Part shown: one piece after another, positions 28,900 to 43,685 of the stretch
Position numbering within the stretch: the first letter of the stretch is position 1
Layout of the letters: the number at the start of each line of letters is the position of its first letter
Origin: the human T2T-CHM13v2.0 reference genome, Homo sapiens
Length of the DNA stretch: 64,000 bases
Assembly: GCF_009914755.1 (NCBI RefSeq)
Contig: NC_060934.1
Reading direction: 5' to 3' (one strand)
The notes under the pieces: generated by a model
The model's database searches: none
The model's input: only the letters and a program-made list of their open reading frames with translations
Told to the model about the DNA's origin: nothing
Program-made: the position numbers and the translations under genes

Positions 28900-30480
28900 T
28901 ACATATTATACATAAATTATATTCACAGATCTATGAATTTCACAAAATGAACACATTTCTGTAATCAGCATCCAAATCAAGAAACAGAATAGTACACCTA
29001 GAAGGCCCCATGCCTCCCCATAGTCTCCTCTTCTAAAATGATTTCTACTCTGCCTTTTCTAACAGCATAAATAGTTGTTAGAGGTTTTTAAACTTTATGT
29101 AAGTGGTATTATATAGTATATACTGCATTGAATTTGGCTTATTTTAATTAATATTGTTTGTGGAATTTATGCATTTTGTTTTATGTACTTTTATAATTAT
29201 AAAATCTTATTTAATGACATAATTAAATTGTTTTATCTTATAAAAAATTATTATTACATATTATAATGGCCTAAATATTTGTGTCCCCTCAAATTCATAA
29301 ACTGAAGTCCTAACCCCCAATCTGATGGTATTAGGAAATGGAGCCATTACAAGGCAATCAGGTCTAGGTGAAGTCGTGAGGGCAGATCCCCTATGATGGA
29401 ATTAGTGCTCTTATATGATGAGGAGAGTCAGTGCATCTTCTCTCCGTCATGTAAAGATAAAACTGGAAGGCAGCCTATTGCCAGCCAAGAAGAGGGCCCT
29501 CAACAGAACCTGACCATTCTGGCACCATCATCTAAGCCTTCCAGGGTCCAGAACTGTGAGCAATTATTTTCTGTTATGTAAGCCACCCAGTATATGGTAT
29601 TTTATTATGGCATCCCAAGCCAACTAAAACACATACTTATTAGAGAAATGAATTGAAATTTCGAAATGTAAATAATATATCCTCTCCAACTTTGTGGGTT
29701 TTTTTATTTGTTTGATGATGCCTTTGGATTAAATAGAAGTTTGAATGTAGAAGTTTAAATGTAGTCTAGTTTATTATCCTTCCTTTATTGTTAATACTAT
29801 TTATGGCTTAAAAAATATTTGCCTAAACTAAGATTATAACCAAAATTTTCTGTCATTCCTCTAAAGTATTTTTATTTTTTCATTACTGTTTAAGTTTAAA
29901 ATATTTTAAGCATTAGGTTTTCTATATAATGTAAGACAGAAGTTCAGAAACATTCTCCCCCATCATGGATATCCAATTGACCCAAAACCATTTATTGAAA
30001 ATCAAAACAAAAACAAATTTATTGTTTCTTACTCTTATTCAATGCCATCTTTATAATTCAAATGTCAATACATGTGTGGATCTGTTTCTGGATTCTAATC
30101 CAGTGGCCAATTTGTCTATTTTCACACAAATAGCATAATGTCTTAATTCATCTAGGTTTATGATATATCTTGATATTTATCTGGTGTTATAAGTCCTCCA
30201 GAATTGTTTTTCTATAAGTTTCTTGAACTTAGCATTTGAACTTTATAATTAGAGATAAAGACAATTTATCTATTTTATTATTTACCAAAAAAATTTAATG
30301 GGATTTATGTTGGAATTCAAATGTATCTATAGAAAAATTTGGGGAGAATTTTCATGTCTATAATATGAAGTCTTGCTAATCCCTTCATTTAATTGTCTAT
30401 TTTAATTTCTCCTTATCATTTGTAGTTTTTAGTATAGAAGTCTGTATCTGTCCCAAATAGTTTCAGAATATTTGTAAATA
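28900..30480 (-). mobile_element. L1ME-type 3'UTR/ORF2 remnant interrupted by MLT1A
   Basis: aaatgaacacat..catccaaatcaagaaacagaa (L1ME 3'UTR) and atggatatccaattgacccaaaaccatttattgaaa (antisense ORF2). Confidence 0.7.
29259..29631 (+). mobile_element. MLT1A/A0 MaLR solo LTR
   Basis: tgtgtcccctcaaattcata..gaagtcctaacccccaat..ccagaactgtgag..taagccacccagt..aactaaaaca. Confidence 0.85.
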
Positions 30481-31179
30481 TCATTAAGGGAAAATTCAAT
30501 GACTTGATCTCACTTCTCTATCCCTCTGTTCTGTTGGAGTTTTAGTTCACTAGAATCTCTAATTTTTGTCTCTTCATCTCTTTAAGACCTACAAAAGCTT
30601 CAATAGGTTTGTCTACCTCTAAATACAGTCCCCTGCTTGGGCCCTTTGCCCAGATATTTAGCTTCCTGTCATGCACCCCTCATTAGCAAATGTGCCAAAG
30701 GGAAAAAAGCTGTGTCTCACTGCTAAACAAAATGTTCCCTCCTCTGAAATGTCATCTCCTCATTTCCTGTTTCCCCGTTACTTATCCAATCTCTTTGAGA
30801 TGCAATTTGTTGTTCTGCTCTGATTTTTTATTCAGCCCTTCTAGTTGTTGCTAGTCAGTGACAGTTGCATTCACTTATCACAAATGGGAGCAGAAGGTCT
30901 TTCCACACACTTTTTACTAATTCCCATTTATTCTGTGGAAAGGTTTCTTTACATATGAATTGCCCTTAACTATCGATTTTATCATATATTATTCCATATA
31001 AAAGATATCTGGAAATTTTTACAGAACTATAATCTGACTATACAACCATCTCTTTAAAGGGACTGTGTTAAGAGGGGGCCACAGAACTCCTTAATATTGA
31101 GAAGCCTAATTGAGAAGGTTGGCACTTTGTTTATGTGTGCCTGTGTTTAGCATATTTGCTTTCTAAATAAAAAGAAGAA

Positions 31180-31836
31180 CATAGAGACTTTAACAATATA
31201 AAATTCAGAAAGATATCCAAACATAGGATGTTCAACCAAAGTGCAGTGGCAGTTCAGTGAAGAAAGAATAATCTCTCAAGAAATGATGATGAGGCAATTG
31301 AGTACTTATATCCAAAAAATGGAATAAATCATTGCTTCATACCAAATACAAAATTGAAATAAATTAATGTACAATTAGTTCATAATATAAACCCAATAAA
31401 ACATTTAAAGGAAAATATAGGATAAATTATTTGTGATCTTGGGTTATGCAGAGATCTTCTAGAAACAACACTAAAAGCATGAAGCATAAAGAACACATTT
31501 GTAAGTTAAACTCATCAGGACTTTCAAATGTTCTGCTCTTTGAAAGGCACTGTTAAGAGAATAAGAAAACCCATTGACTAAATGAAAATATTTATCCATT
31601 ACATATCTGATAAAGGCCTAATATCCAGGATATATTTTAAAAACTCTAAAAATTCAATAAGAAAAAAATCACCCCAATTATAATATTTATTAGCAAATGC
31701 TTTGAACAGATACTATGAAAGAAAATACACAGATGGCAAATAAGCCAATTAGCAAATTAATGTTGCTCAACATTGTTAGTCATCAGAGAAATGCAAATTA
31801 AAGCCACATTGAGATCTCTCCACACACCTATCAGAT
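31180..31836 (+). mobile_element. Old L1 ORF2 3' fragment
   Basis: gatcttgggtt..gcactgttaagaga..catatctgataaagg..cagagaaatgcaaattaaagccaca. Confidence 0.75.
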
Positions 31837-32028
31837 ACCTGAATGTAGATTTTAATAAAAAAAAAAAAACTAATTGTTTAAATGCTGCCTTTAGGCTGTA
31901 TAAAATTCCTAATACTTTCCTTTGGAAGAATTATGAAAGAAGTATAGTCAAAAGACTCAAAAAGCTCAGACGCATTTCCCTAAATATGTTTTGGAATTTG
32001 TTAACAGACGTTATAATCAAATACCTCC

Positions 32029-32394
32029 TGGTGTGGGCTGAGCTTTTGGGGGATATATTTCTCCAAAATGTTTATGTTGAAGTCCTAACTCCCACTATCT
32101 CATGATGTGACTTTATTTGGAGATAGAGTTTTTAAACAGGTAATTAAGTTTAAATGAGAACCATTACGGTGGTCCTAATCAAATGTGACTAATGACCCTA
32201 TAGGAAGAAAAGATTAAAACACAGACAGGGACTGAGGAAAGACCATAAGGAGACAGAGGGTAAAGACTGCCATCTCCAAGGCAAATAGGCCGTAGAAGAA
32301 AGAACACTGCCATATAACCTCTAGAACTTTGAGAAAGTACATTTCTGCTTAAACCACTCAGCACTTTGTTGTGCATCCCTAACAAACTAGTATA
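32029..32394 (+). mobile_element. MLT1B-like MaLR solo LTR
   Basis: tatgttgaagtcctaactccc..atgtgactttatttggagatag..ctttgttgtgcatccctaacaaactagtata. Confidence 0.8.
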
Positions 32395-32883
32395 GTTCTC
32401 ATGAATTAATTCATTTAGAAATGTTGAAGTCAAATTAATTGGACTCACTTATTGTAATGCTTCTAAAAAGCCTTTATTTGTTATCTTATTCTGAGCAGCT
32501 GAAAAGGGGAAACAAATTCTTTAGAATTTTATAAGCTTATTTAACAATGACTCTTTTTCTATTCAAGGACATCTTAAAGATCTAGGGTTTGATGGAAACA
32601 CTTTGGTGAATAATGAACTAGAAAACAATAATATTCATTAAGAAAAAAATAAAGCCAGTAGCTGTCAACCTGATTATATAATTAAGTAAGACTTAGCCTA
32701 AGTCCAAGTTTCATTCAAAAAACATTGGATCCAATTGTTCCAAAGCAGAGACACCTGAAAAAACACTAGTCTCTTAATTATTTTAAAAATATGTGTAGAC
32801 TACCTTAAAATAATTTTTAAATCTTAATGTCCTGTTCAGTATTGTTTCAAAATATTTTCTTTATTATTTAAAATTAGTGAGTG

Positions 32884-33441
<558 letters not shown>

Positions 33442-33859
33442 TTAGAATTTTATAAGCTTATTTAACAATGATTCTTTCTATCCAAGGCCAAATTTCTCTG
33501 AGGAGATTTGAAAGTATTTGATGCACACTGATGTTGAAAATCTGGACTTAGCCCAAATACAGGGAAACTTTTATGGTAGCAAAGAAACAAGTGTTGGTGG
33601 TCACACTAGGCTGAATTGACAAAATTGGCAAGTTGAGAGGAATCAAAATGAAAGTAATTCTCCTTCTCAACACATTTGTCAGATTCTTCAACCGAATGAA
33701 GCCACGGGTGAAAGCTAAGCTTAAAACACCTATAAGACAGAATTCAGTCATATGATGCTTTTCAGAAATATAGAGAAATACCCACCTGGAATTAAGCTGA
33801 AAGTCTTGTAAGCCATATCCCAGGAAGAGAAAAAAGAAAACTAGAGATAGACTGAGGCT

Positions 33860-35420
33860 TACCAAAACTGCAACCTAATCTTTTTCTACTACAGTTCCTC
33901 CAGCATTAAGGTGAATACAGAAAAATATTGTCCTCTTGAGAGGGATATAATTTCATCTGAAAATTCTGCAGTTGAGTTATCCAAGATTTATGGCATATAA
34001 CACAAAAATAATAATACAAATGTGAATAGGTAACACCGTAAGACCAATCATAAGGAGAATAAAATTACAATGGAAACAGAGCTACAGATTGTCTACATGT
34101 GAAAATTATCAGGCTTTGATTTTAAGATTATGATCAGTTTTGTTCAATAAAATAGAGGAAAATTTGACAAAATAATTGAGAGGATGAAAAAAAAATGTAC
34201 CTGACATTGAGATTTATAAAACAGAATCAGACTCAAGAAATGAACACTAATTACTTAAAGTTAACAATAAAATATATGGTTTAAACAACAGCAAAGAAGA
34301 CACAAAAAGCATATACAAGATTAAAGAAACCCACAACTAAGCACATCATAAAGAAATTGCTAGAAATAAAAAAAGATGAGAAAATATTAAAAGTGACAAA
34401 AATTGTACATTTGCTTCAAAGAAACAGCAATTAAACTGACAACTATCAATGTGGATGATGAGATGCAGAAAATCAAATAAAAAAGACAGTTTTAACTACT
34501 GAGAAACGGTGTAATGCATAACTATAAATATATGTCCTGTTAAAGCTGTTTGGGGATAATTCTCTCTGGATCTCTCAAATTTCTGTACATCATCTGAACA
34601 TAGAAGCAGAAAAAAAAGATTCTATTAAGAAACAAAATAAATGAATGGAGGAATAAAGAGCACCGAAAAGGTATACAGTTGAATGAATTCAAGTAAATAT
34701 AGAATACAAAATAATCTGAGTAGTGTCTTGTATAGTTTAACATTTGCTTTAAATTGAAATACAATATGAAATATGCAATAATGAAAAAGTAAGAAGGCAT
34801 ATATGGAATAAAATGTTTGTAAGCTACTTGGTAGTTTATAAGCTGATGTCAAAAAAGTAATTATTTATAAATTATCGTAAGTGATGGATGCATGTTATAG
34901 TTTTAAGGTAACAACTATATAAATAGCAAAATAAATATAATAAACAAATTGATAAAGGAAAAAATTCTGATAATAAAAGAAAAATAATGTTACAAAAAGG
35001 GAAAAAAAGGAGAATAAAGGGACATAAACTAATTAGAAGGTATTAATAAACTCCAAGATATGTGTAACTACGTTACATATAAATGGTCTAAATTTCAATT
35101 TATAAATAAGAGATTAAGTAAATGTTTAAAATTGCCAAAATGAATTAAAAATATATGATGGTTATAAGAGGCATATCTTGAGAGTATAAGAAGTCAGAAG
35201 GGCTTAATGAGACATGGTGCAGTAAGATGTAGCCTATAAACACTAAATTAATGAGAGCTGTTGGTGAAATATTAATATCAGGCTAAGAGAACTTTAAAGC
35301 AAGAAGAAATATTAGAGATTAAAAAGAATATTTCAGAAAAATAATGAAACCAATCTAATAGGAACATTTCAAAATCCTAAATCTATATATTCCTAACAAC
35401 ATAATTTCAACAGTATATGC
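33860..35420 (+). mobile_element. Old L1 (L1ME-like) ORF1/ORF2-start remnants
   Basis: aagaaacccacaactaagcacatcata (ORF1-like); aaatggtctaaat..aatattaatatcag..aaaatcctaaatctatatattcctaacaaca (endonuclease-like). Confidence 0.55.
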
Positions 35421-37791
35421 TAAATAATTTTTTGCATAAGTAGCTGTATATTTTACAGTAGATTAATACTATTTTTTAATATGGACTAATAGTTCAGTGC
35501 TTTCCATACAATGTGTAGAAGTTCAGTACCACCACTTAATAATAAAAACTTTATGTTTGGGTATTTCTAATGGGTCATTTTTAATTTAGGGTTTTCACAT
35601 ATTCTTATTTAAAAGGAAAATATTGATCATACTTTAAACCTTTGCTTCTCAAAATTGACCTGCAATAGCACTCAAATTAATGCTTTTAAAAATTGTTCCT
35701 TTTGCAGAGCAGTAGATTTCTGTTGCCTAGATAAAGAGCTGAATCCCATATTAATACAGAAGGCATCTTAATCTGAATTAGGAAATTATTTTCCATTCTA
35801 ATTTGCATGAAAACCATTTCAATGATATTGATTATTTTAATTAACAATAACTTAATAATTGTCTTTTATACAATTATTAATTTAATACTTTCATTAAATT
35901 ATGACATTTTGAGAAAAAATAATTTTAAAAAATGAACAAATCCTCCAAGAAATATGGGATTATGTCAAATAGCCAAACCTAAGAATAATTGGTGTTACTT
36001 AGCAGAAAGAGAAATCTAAAAGTTTGGAAAAAATATTTGAGGGAATACTTGTGAAAAATTCCCTGGCCTCTCTAGAGATCTAGACATTCAAATACAAGAA
36101 GCTCAAAGAGCACATGGGAAATTCATCACCAAAAGATTATTACACAGACAGCTAGTTATCAGGTTATCTAAAGTCAAGACAAAGAAAATAATCTTAAGAG
36201 GTGTGAGGCGAAAGTTTTAGGTAACCTATAAAGGAAAACCTATCAGACTAACAGCAGATTTCTCAGCAGAAACTCTATATGCCCAAAGGGATTGGGGTTC
36301 TATCTTTAGCCACCTCAAACAAAATAACTTCCAGTCAAGAATTTTGCACTCAGCAAAACTAAGCTCCATTAAGAAGGAGAGATAAAGTTTTTTTCAGACA
36401 AATGATGAGATAATTTGACACTACAAAGCCAGCACTACAAGAAATGCTAAAAGGAGTTCTAACTCTTGAAACAAAACTTCAAAATACACTAAAATAGAAC
36501 CTCCTTAAAGCATAAATCTCACAGGACCTATAAAACAGTAACATAATGAAAGAAAATAACAAGGTATTTAGGCAACAACTAGCATGATGATTAAAATGGT
36601 ACTTCACATCTCAATACCAATGATTTAATACAAATGGTGTAAATACTCCACTTAAAAGATACAGAATGGCAGAATGATTAAAAATCCACCAATCAAGTAT
36701 CTCCTGTCTTCAAGAGACTCATTTAATAAATAAGGATTCTCATAAACTTGACATAAGTGGGTGGAAAAAGATATTCCATGCAAATGGACACCAAAAGCAA
36801 GCAGGAGTAGCTATTCATATATCAGACAAAACAAAATTTAAGGCAACAACAGTTAAAAAAGACAAAGAGGGCCATTACATAATGATAAAAGGACTTTTCC
36901 AACAGGAAAATATCAGAATCCTAAATGTATGTGCACCTAACACTGGAGCTCACAAACTCATAAAAAACAATATTGAGCCTAAGAAATAAGATACACAAAA
37001 ACACAATAATAGTGAAGGACTTCAATATTACACTGAAGGCACTAGACAAGTCATCAAAACAGACTCAACGAAGAAACAATGGATTTAAACTATGACATAG
37101 AACAAGGAGACAACAGATATTTACAGAACATTCTACCCAACAACAGCAGAATATACACTCCATTCATCAGACCATGGAACATTTTATAAGATATGCCATA
37201 TGCTAGGCCACAAAACAAGTTTCTGTAAATTTAAGAAATTTGAAATTATATCAAGTACCCCCTCAGACCACATGGAAAGTAACTAAAAACTCCAAAAGGA
37301 ACTCTCAAAATTATACGAATAAATGGAAATTAGATAATCTGCACCTTAATGATCTTTGGGTCAACAATGAAATCAAAATGGGAATTAAAAATTATTTGAA
37401 CCAAATGATAATAGTGACACAACTTATCAAAACCTCTACAATACAGTAAAAGTGATACTAAAAGGAAAGTTTATAGCTTTGAATGCCTACATGAAAAAGT
37501 TTGAAAGAGCACAAATAGACAATCTAAGGACACACCTAAAGAAACTACAGAAACAGGAACAAATCAAACCCAAACTCAGCAGAAGAAATAAAATTGAAGA
37601 GGAGAGCAGAACTAAATAAAATTGAAACCAAAAAAATACAAAAGGTAAATGAAACAAAAAGTAAAAACTAGTTCTTTGAAAAGATAAACAAATTGATAGA
37701 CCATTAGCAGTATTAACCAAGAAAAGAATAGAGAAGATCCAAATAAGTTCAATTAGAAACAAAATGGGATATATTAAAACTTATACCACAG

Positions 37792-40107
37792 TGATATGGT
37801 TTTGCTGTGTCCCCACCCACATCTCATGTTGAATTGTAACTCTTAAAATTCCCACATGTCTTGGAAGGAACCCAGTGAGAGGTGATTGAATTATGGGGGA
37901 AGGTCTTTCCCATGCTGTTCTCATGATAGTGAATGAGTCTCACAAGATCTGATGGTTTTAAAAATGGGAGTTTCCCTACACAAGCTCTCTTTACCTGCCA
38001 TCATCCACGTAAAACATGACTTGCTATTTTTTGCCTTTCACCTTCTGCCATGATTGTGGGGCTTCCCCAGCCATGTGGAACTGCAAGTCCAATAAACCTA
38101 TTTCTTTCGTAAATTGCCCAGTGTTGGATATGTCTTCATCAGCAGCATGAAAACAGACTAATACAATAGATTGGTATCAGTAGAGTTGTCCACTGCTGAA
38201 AATATACCCCAAAATGTGGAAGCGATTTTGGAACTGGGTAACGGGCAGAGGCTGGAACAGTTTGGGGGGCTCAGAAGAAGACAGAAAAATGTGGAAAATT
38301 TGGAACTTTCAAGAGACTGTTAAATGGCTTTGACCAAAAAGCTGATAATGATATGGACAATGAAATCCAGGGTGAGGTGGACTCAAATAGAGATGAGGAA
38401 CTTGTTGGGAACTGGAGCAAATGTGAGTCTTCTTACGTTTTAGCAAAGAGACTGGTGGCATTTTGCCCCTGCCCTAAAGATCTGTGGAACTTTGAGCTTA
38501 AGAGAGATGATTCAGGGTATCTGGCAGGAGAAATTTCTAAGCAGCAAAGCATTCTAGAGGTGACTTGGGTGCTGTTAAAGGCATTCAGCTTTAAAAGTGA
38601 AGCAGGGCATAAAAGTTCAAAGAATTTGCACCCTGACAATGTGATAGAAAATTCTATTTTCTGAGGAGAAATTCAAGCTGGCTGCAGAAATTTGCATAAG
38701 TAACGAGGAGCCAAATGTTAATCCTCAAGACAATGGGGAACATGTCTCCAGGGCATGTCAGAGGTTTTCACAGCAGCCCTTCCTATCGCAGGCCCAGAGG
38801 CCCAGGAGGAAAATATGGTTTCATGGACCGGGCCCAGGGTACCCATGCTGTGTGCAGTCTAAGGACTTAGTGCCCTGTGTCTCAGATGCTCCAGCTGTGG
38901 ATGAAAGGGGCCAATGTAGAGCTCAGGCTATGGCTTCAAATGGTGCAAGCCCTAAGCCTTGGCAGCTTCCATGTGGTGTTGAGCCTGTGAGTGTACAGAA
39001 GTCAAGAATTGGGGTTTGGGAACCTCCTCCTAGATTTCAGAGGATATATGCAAACACCTGGATGCCTAGGCAGAAATTTGTTGCAGCGGTTGGGCCCTCG
39101 TGGGGAACATGTGCTAAGGCAGTGCGGAAGGGAAATATGGGGTTCAGAGCCTCCACGCTGAGTCCCTACTGGGGCACAGCCTAGTGGAGCTGTGAGAAGA
39201 GGGCCACTGTTCCCCAGACCCCAGAATGATAGATCCACTGACGCTTGCCCTGAGTGCCTGGAAAAACTGCAGACACTCAACACCAGCCTGTGAAAGCAAC
39301 CAGGAGGGAGGCTGTACCCTGCAAATCCACAGGGGTGGAGATGCCCAAGACCATGAGAACCCATCCCTTGCATCAGTGTAATCTAAATGTGAGACCTAGA
39401 GTCAAAGGAGATCATTTTGGAACTTTAAGATTTGACTGCCCTCCTGGATTTTGGACTTGCATGAGGCCTGTAGTCCCTTTGTTTTGGCCAATTTCTCTCA
39501 TTTGGAACAGCTGTATTTACCCAATGCCTGTAACCCCGTTGTATGTAGGAAGTAAGCAATTTGCTTTTGATTTTACAGGCTCATAGGTGGAAGGGACTTG
39601 CCTTGTCTTGAATGAGATTTTGGACTGTGGACTTTTGAGTTAATGCTGAAATGAGTTAAGACTTTGGGGGACTGTTGGGAAGGCAAGACTGGTTTCGAAA
39701 TATGAGAACATGTTTGGGAGGGGCCAGGGGTGGAATGATATGATTTGGCTGCGTCCCCACCCAAATCTCATCTTGAATTATAACTCCAACAATTCCCATA
39801 TATTGTGGAAGGAACCCAGTGGGAGCTGATTGAATTATGGGGATGGGTCTTTTCCATGCTGTTCCCATGATAGTGAATGAGTCTCATGAGATCTGATGGT
39901 TTTAAAAATGGGAGTGTCCCTGCACAAGCTCTCTTTGCCTGCTGCCATCCGTGTAAAATACAACTTGCTACTTTTTGCCTTTCACCTTCCACCATGATTG
40001 TGAGGCCTCTCCAGCCATGTGGAACTGTAAGTCCAATAAACCTCTTTCTTTTTAAATTGCCTAGTCTCAGGTATGTCTTTATCATCAGCATGGAAATGGA
40101 CTACTTA
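37792..40107 (+). mobile_element. Full-length THE1C MaLR element: 5'LTR 37792-38165, internal 38166-39735, 3'LTR 39736-40107
   Basis: Two homologous tgatat..gacta(a)taca LTRs, THE1-int sequence (ORF MDNEIQGEV..EELVGNWSK), polypurine tract ggaggggccaggggtggaa before the 3'LTR, TSD cacag. Confidence 0.93.
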
Positions 40108-42570
40108 CACAGAAATACAAAAAAAATTATGTAAGGCTATTATGAACACTTTTGCATTCACAAAATAGAAAACCTGCAGGAGATCAGTAAATTCCTGGAA
40201 ATATACAACCCTCCTGGATTAAATCAGGAAGAAATAGAAACTCTGAACATACCAATAACAAGTAGCAAGATTGAAACAGTAATAACAAAATTACCACCAA
40301 CAATGAAAAGCCCAGGAGCAGATGGCTTTACAGCTGAATTCTCTCAGGCATTCAAAGAAGAATTGGTACCAATCTTACTGAAACTGTTTCAAAAAACAGA
40401 GAAAGAGGGAATCCTCACCAAGTCATTTTATGAAGCCAGTATTACCCTAATAGCAAAAGCAGAAAAGGACATAACAAAAAAGAAAACTACAGACCAATAT
40501 CCCTCAAGAACAGAGGTGCAAAAATCCTCACCAAAATACTAGCTAATCAAATGCAAAAGCGTATCAAAAGGTAATCCAGCGTGACCAAGTGGGTTTCATA
40601 AAAGGTCTGCAGGGCTGGTTAAACATACAGATGTCAATAAGTGTGATATACAACATAAATAGAATTAAAAAAAACATGACCATCTCAATAGATGCAGAAA
40701 AAGCATATGACAAAATCCAGCATCGTTTTATGATTAAAACCCTCAGCAAAATTGGTATAGAAGTGACATACATCAATGTAATAAAAGTCACCCATCACAA
40801 ACCACAGCCAATATTATATTGAACAGAGAAAATTTGAAAGCATTCCCTCTGAGAACTGGAACAAGACAAGGATGCCCACTTTTACTGCCTCTATTCAACA
40901 TAGTACCGAAAGTCCTAGCTAGAGCAATCGGAAAAGAAAAAGAAATAAAGGGCATCCAAATCAGTAAAGAGGAAATCAAACTGTCCCTGCTCACTGATGG
41001 TATGATTGTATATCTAGAAAACCCTGAAGACTCATTTAAATTTTGATCCATTCTAGATCTGATAAATGAATTCAGTAAACTTTCAGCGTACAAAATCAAT
41101 GTACACAAATCAATAGCACTGCTATATGCCAACAATCACCAAGCTGAGAATCAAATCAAGAACTCAACCCCTCTTGCAATAGTTGCAAAAAAATAAAATA
41201 CTTAGGATTATACCAACCAAGGAGGAGAAAGATTTCTCCTAGGAAAACTACATAACACCACTGAAGGAAATCAGAGACAACACAAGCAAATGGAAACACA
41301 TCCCATGTTCATGGGTGGGTAGAATCTATATGTGAAAATGGCCAAACTGCCGAAAGCAATCTACAATTTCAATGCAACTGCCATTAAAATATCATCATCA
41401 TTCTTCACAGAGCTAGAAAAAACAATCCTAAAATTCATATGGAACTAAAAAAGGCCTCACAAAAGCAAAGCAAAACTATGCAAAAAGAACAAATCTGGAG
41501 CCATCACATTATTCACCTTCAAACTATACCATGAGGCTGTATTTACCAAAATAGCATAGTACTGGCATATAAATAGGCATTTAGACCAATGAAACTGAAT
41601 AGAGAACCCAGAAATAAAGCCAAATACTTACAGCCATCTGATCTTCAACAAAGCAAACAAAACCATAAAGTGGGAAAAGGACACCCTATTCAACAAATGG
41701 TGCTGGAATAATAGGCAAGCCACGTGTAGAAAAAGGAAGCTAGGTGCTCAACTCTCATCTTATACAAAAATCAACTCAAGATGGATCAAAGACTTAAATC
41801 TAAGACCTGAAACCATAAAAATTATAGAAGATAGCATTGAAAAAAGTCTTCTAGACATTGGCTTAGGCAAAGAGTTCATGACCAAGAACCCAAAAGCAAA
41901 TGCAACAAAAATAAAGATATAGAGAGGAGATCTAATTAAAATAAAAGGCTTCTGCACAGCAAAAGAAATAATCAGCAGAGTAAACAGACAACCCACAGAG
42001 TGGGAGAAAATCTTCACAAACTATGCATCTGACAAATGACTGATATCCAGTATCTACAGGGAACTCAAACAAATCAGCAAGAAAAAAACAGACAATCCCA
42101 CCAAAAAGTGAGCTACAGACATGAATAGACACTTCTCAAAAGAAGATATACATACAAATAGCCAACGAACATGAAAAAATGTTCCACATCACTAATTACA
42201 AGGTAAAAGCAAATCAAAACAACAATGCAATACTACCTTACTCCTGCAAGAATGACCATAATCAAAACATCAAAAAATAATAGTTGTTGGTGTAGATGTG
42301 GTGAAAAGTGAATACTTTTACACTGCTGGTGGGAATGTAAACTAGTACAACCACTATGAAAAACAGTGTGGAGATTTCTTAAATAACTAAAAGTAAATCT
42401 ACCATTTGATCCAGAATCCCATTACTGGGTATCTACCCAAAGGAAAAGAAGGCATTAAATGAAAAAGATACATGCACACACATGTTTATAGCAGCACAAT
42501 TTGCAATTGCAAAAATATGGAACCAGACCAAATGTCCATCAACCAATGAGCAGATAAAGAAAATGTGGAC

Positions 42571-42589
42571 TAGTTAGATAGATAGGTAA

Positions 42590-42622
<33 letters not shown>

Positions 42623-42666
42623 TAGATAATTAGATAGATAGATAGATAGATAGATGATAGATAGAT
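42571..42666. repeat. Compound (TAGA/GATA)n tetranucleotide STR inside the L1
   Basis: Interrupted tagatagatagata runs. Confidence 0.95.
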
Positions 42667-43319
42667 CATGGAATATTGCTCAGCTATAAAAATGAACAAA
42701 ATAATGGCATTCACAGCAACCTGGATAGAGCTGGAGACCATTATTCTAAGTGAAGTAACTCAGGAATGGAAAACCAGACATCCTATTTACTCACTTATAA
42801 GTGGGAGATAAGATATGAGGATACAAAGGAATAAGAATGATATAATGGACTTTGGGGATTTGTGGGGAAGTGTGTTGGGGGGGTGATGATTAAAAGACTA
42901 CACATTGGGTGCAGTGTACACTGCTTGGGTGAAGAGTGCACCAAAATCTCAGAAATAACCACTAAAGCACTTTACCTTGCAACCAGGCACTACCTATTAC
43001 CCTAAAATTATTGAAATAAAAATAAATAGAAGTAATAAATGAAAACAAATAAAAAGTAGATTCAAGTAAAATTTAATACAATGTAGACAATAGTAAAATG
43101 TAAATACAATAGTGAACACAACTCGCTTCTCTTGGTGTTACACATCTTTGCTATGCCATGTATTTTCAGGTTTTGAACTATGCTTCTAAGCACATTTATT
43201 TCCCAATTAGGTTGAAGAGTTTAATTTCTCTTCATACACAATAGTTGTGACTTGAGGTTTATACACTGAATAAAGACCATCAATCTGCCAAAAAAATATG
43301 TAGTGGAATATATCAGAAA

Positions 43320-43685
43320 ACTCAATATGAAGGGTAAGAAATAAGTATTTCAAAAGATAAATAGGAAATCTAAAAAACTGGAAAGCATAATATCAATAAA
43401 AATATCAAAGGATAAACTTAAAAGTAGTTTGTACATACAAGGGGAAGAAACAGAAAATGTGAGGAGTAGATCAATGGAAATTTTCTTAAGTCAAACAGAG
43501 AGAAAAGAGATTGTAGAAAATGAAAAGAATCAACATCATGAGGGAAAACATTAAGCTGTCTGACATGATTGTAACCAGGGACTCATATAGAGAAGAGAAA
43601 TAAAATGGAGCAGAAAATAATTGAAAAAGAGCAGGAAGTTTTCAACTTTGAACAAAAACAGCAACCCACCAACATAAGAAGCACT
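43320..43685 (+). mobile_element. Old L1 ORF1 remnant
   Basis: aggagtagatcaatggaaatt..aacagagagaaaagaga..ggagcagaaaataattgaaaaa..ccaccaacataagaagc. Confidence 0.55.

Larger units (their letters stand above)
35911..43027 (+). mobile_element. L1PB1-like element (3' half of ORF1, ORF2, 3'UTR), inactive, interrupted by THE1C
   Basis: ORFs [24 protein letters not shown] and [11 protein letters not shown] are L1 ORF2 RT motifs broken by frameshifts; L1PB-type 3' end aaaagactacacattggg..gtgtacactgcttggg..tgcaccaaaatctcagaaa. Confidence 0.92.

Noticed and set aside
38353-39586. Cluster of 100-120 aa ORFs in the GC-richer block
   Set aside because: They are fragments of THE1 internal sequence in shifting frames; no sign of a domesticated gene.
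35911-43027. L1 ORF1/ORF2 as functional CDS or an active reverse-transcriptase system
   Set aside because: No 5'UTR promoter, many frameshifts and stops, and a 2.3 kb THE1C insertion in ORF2.
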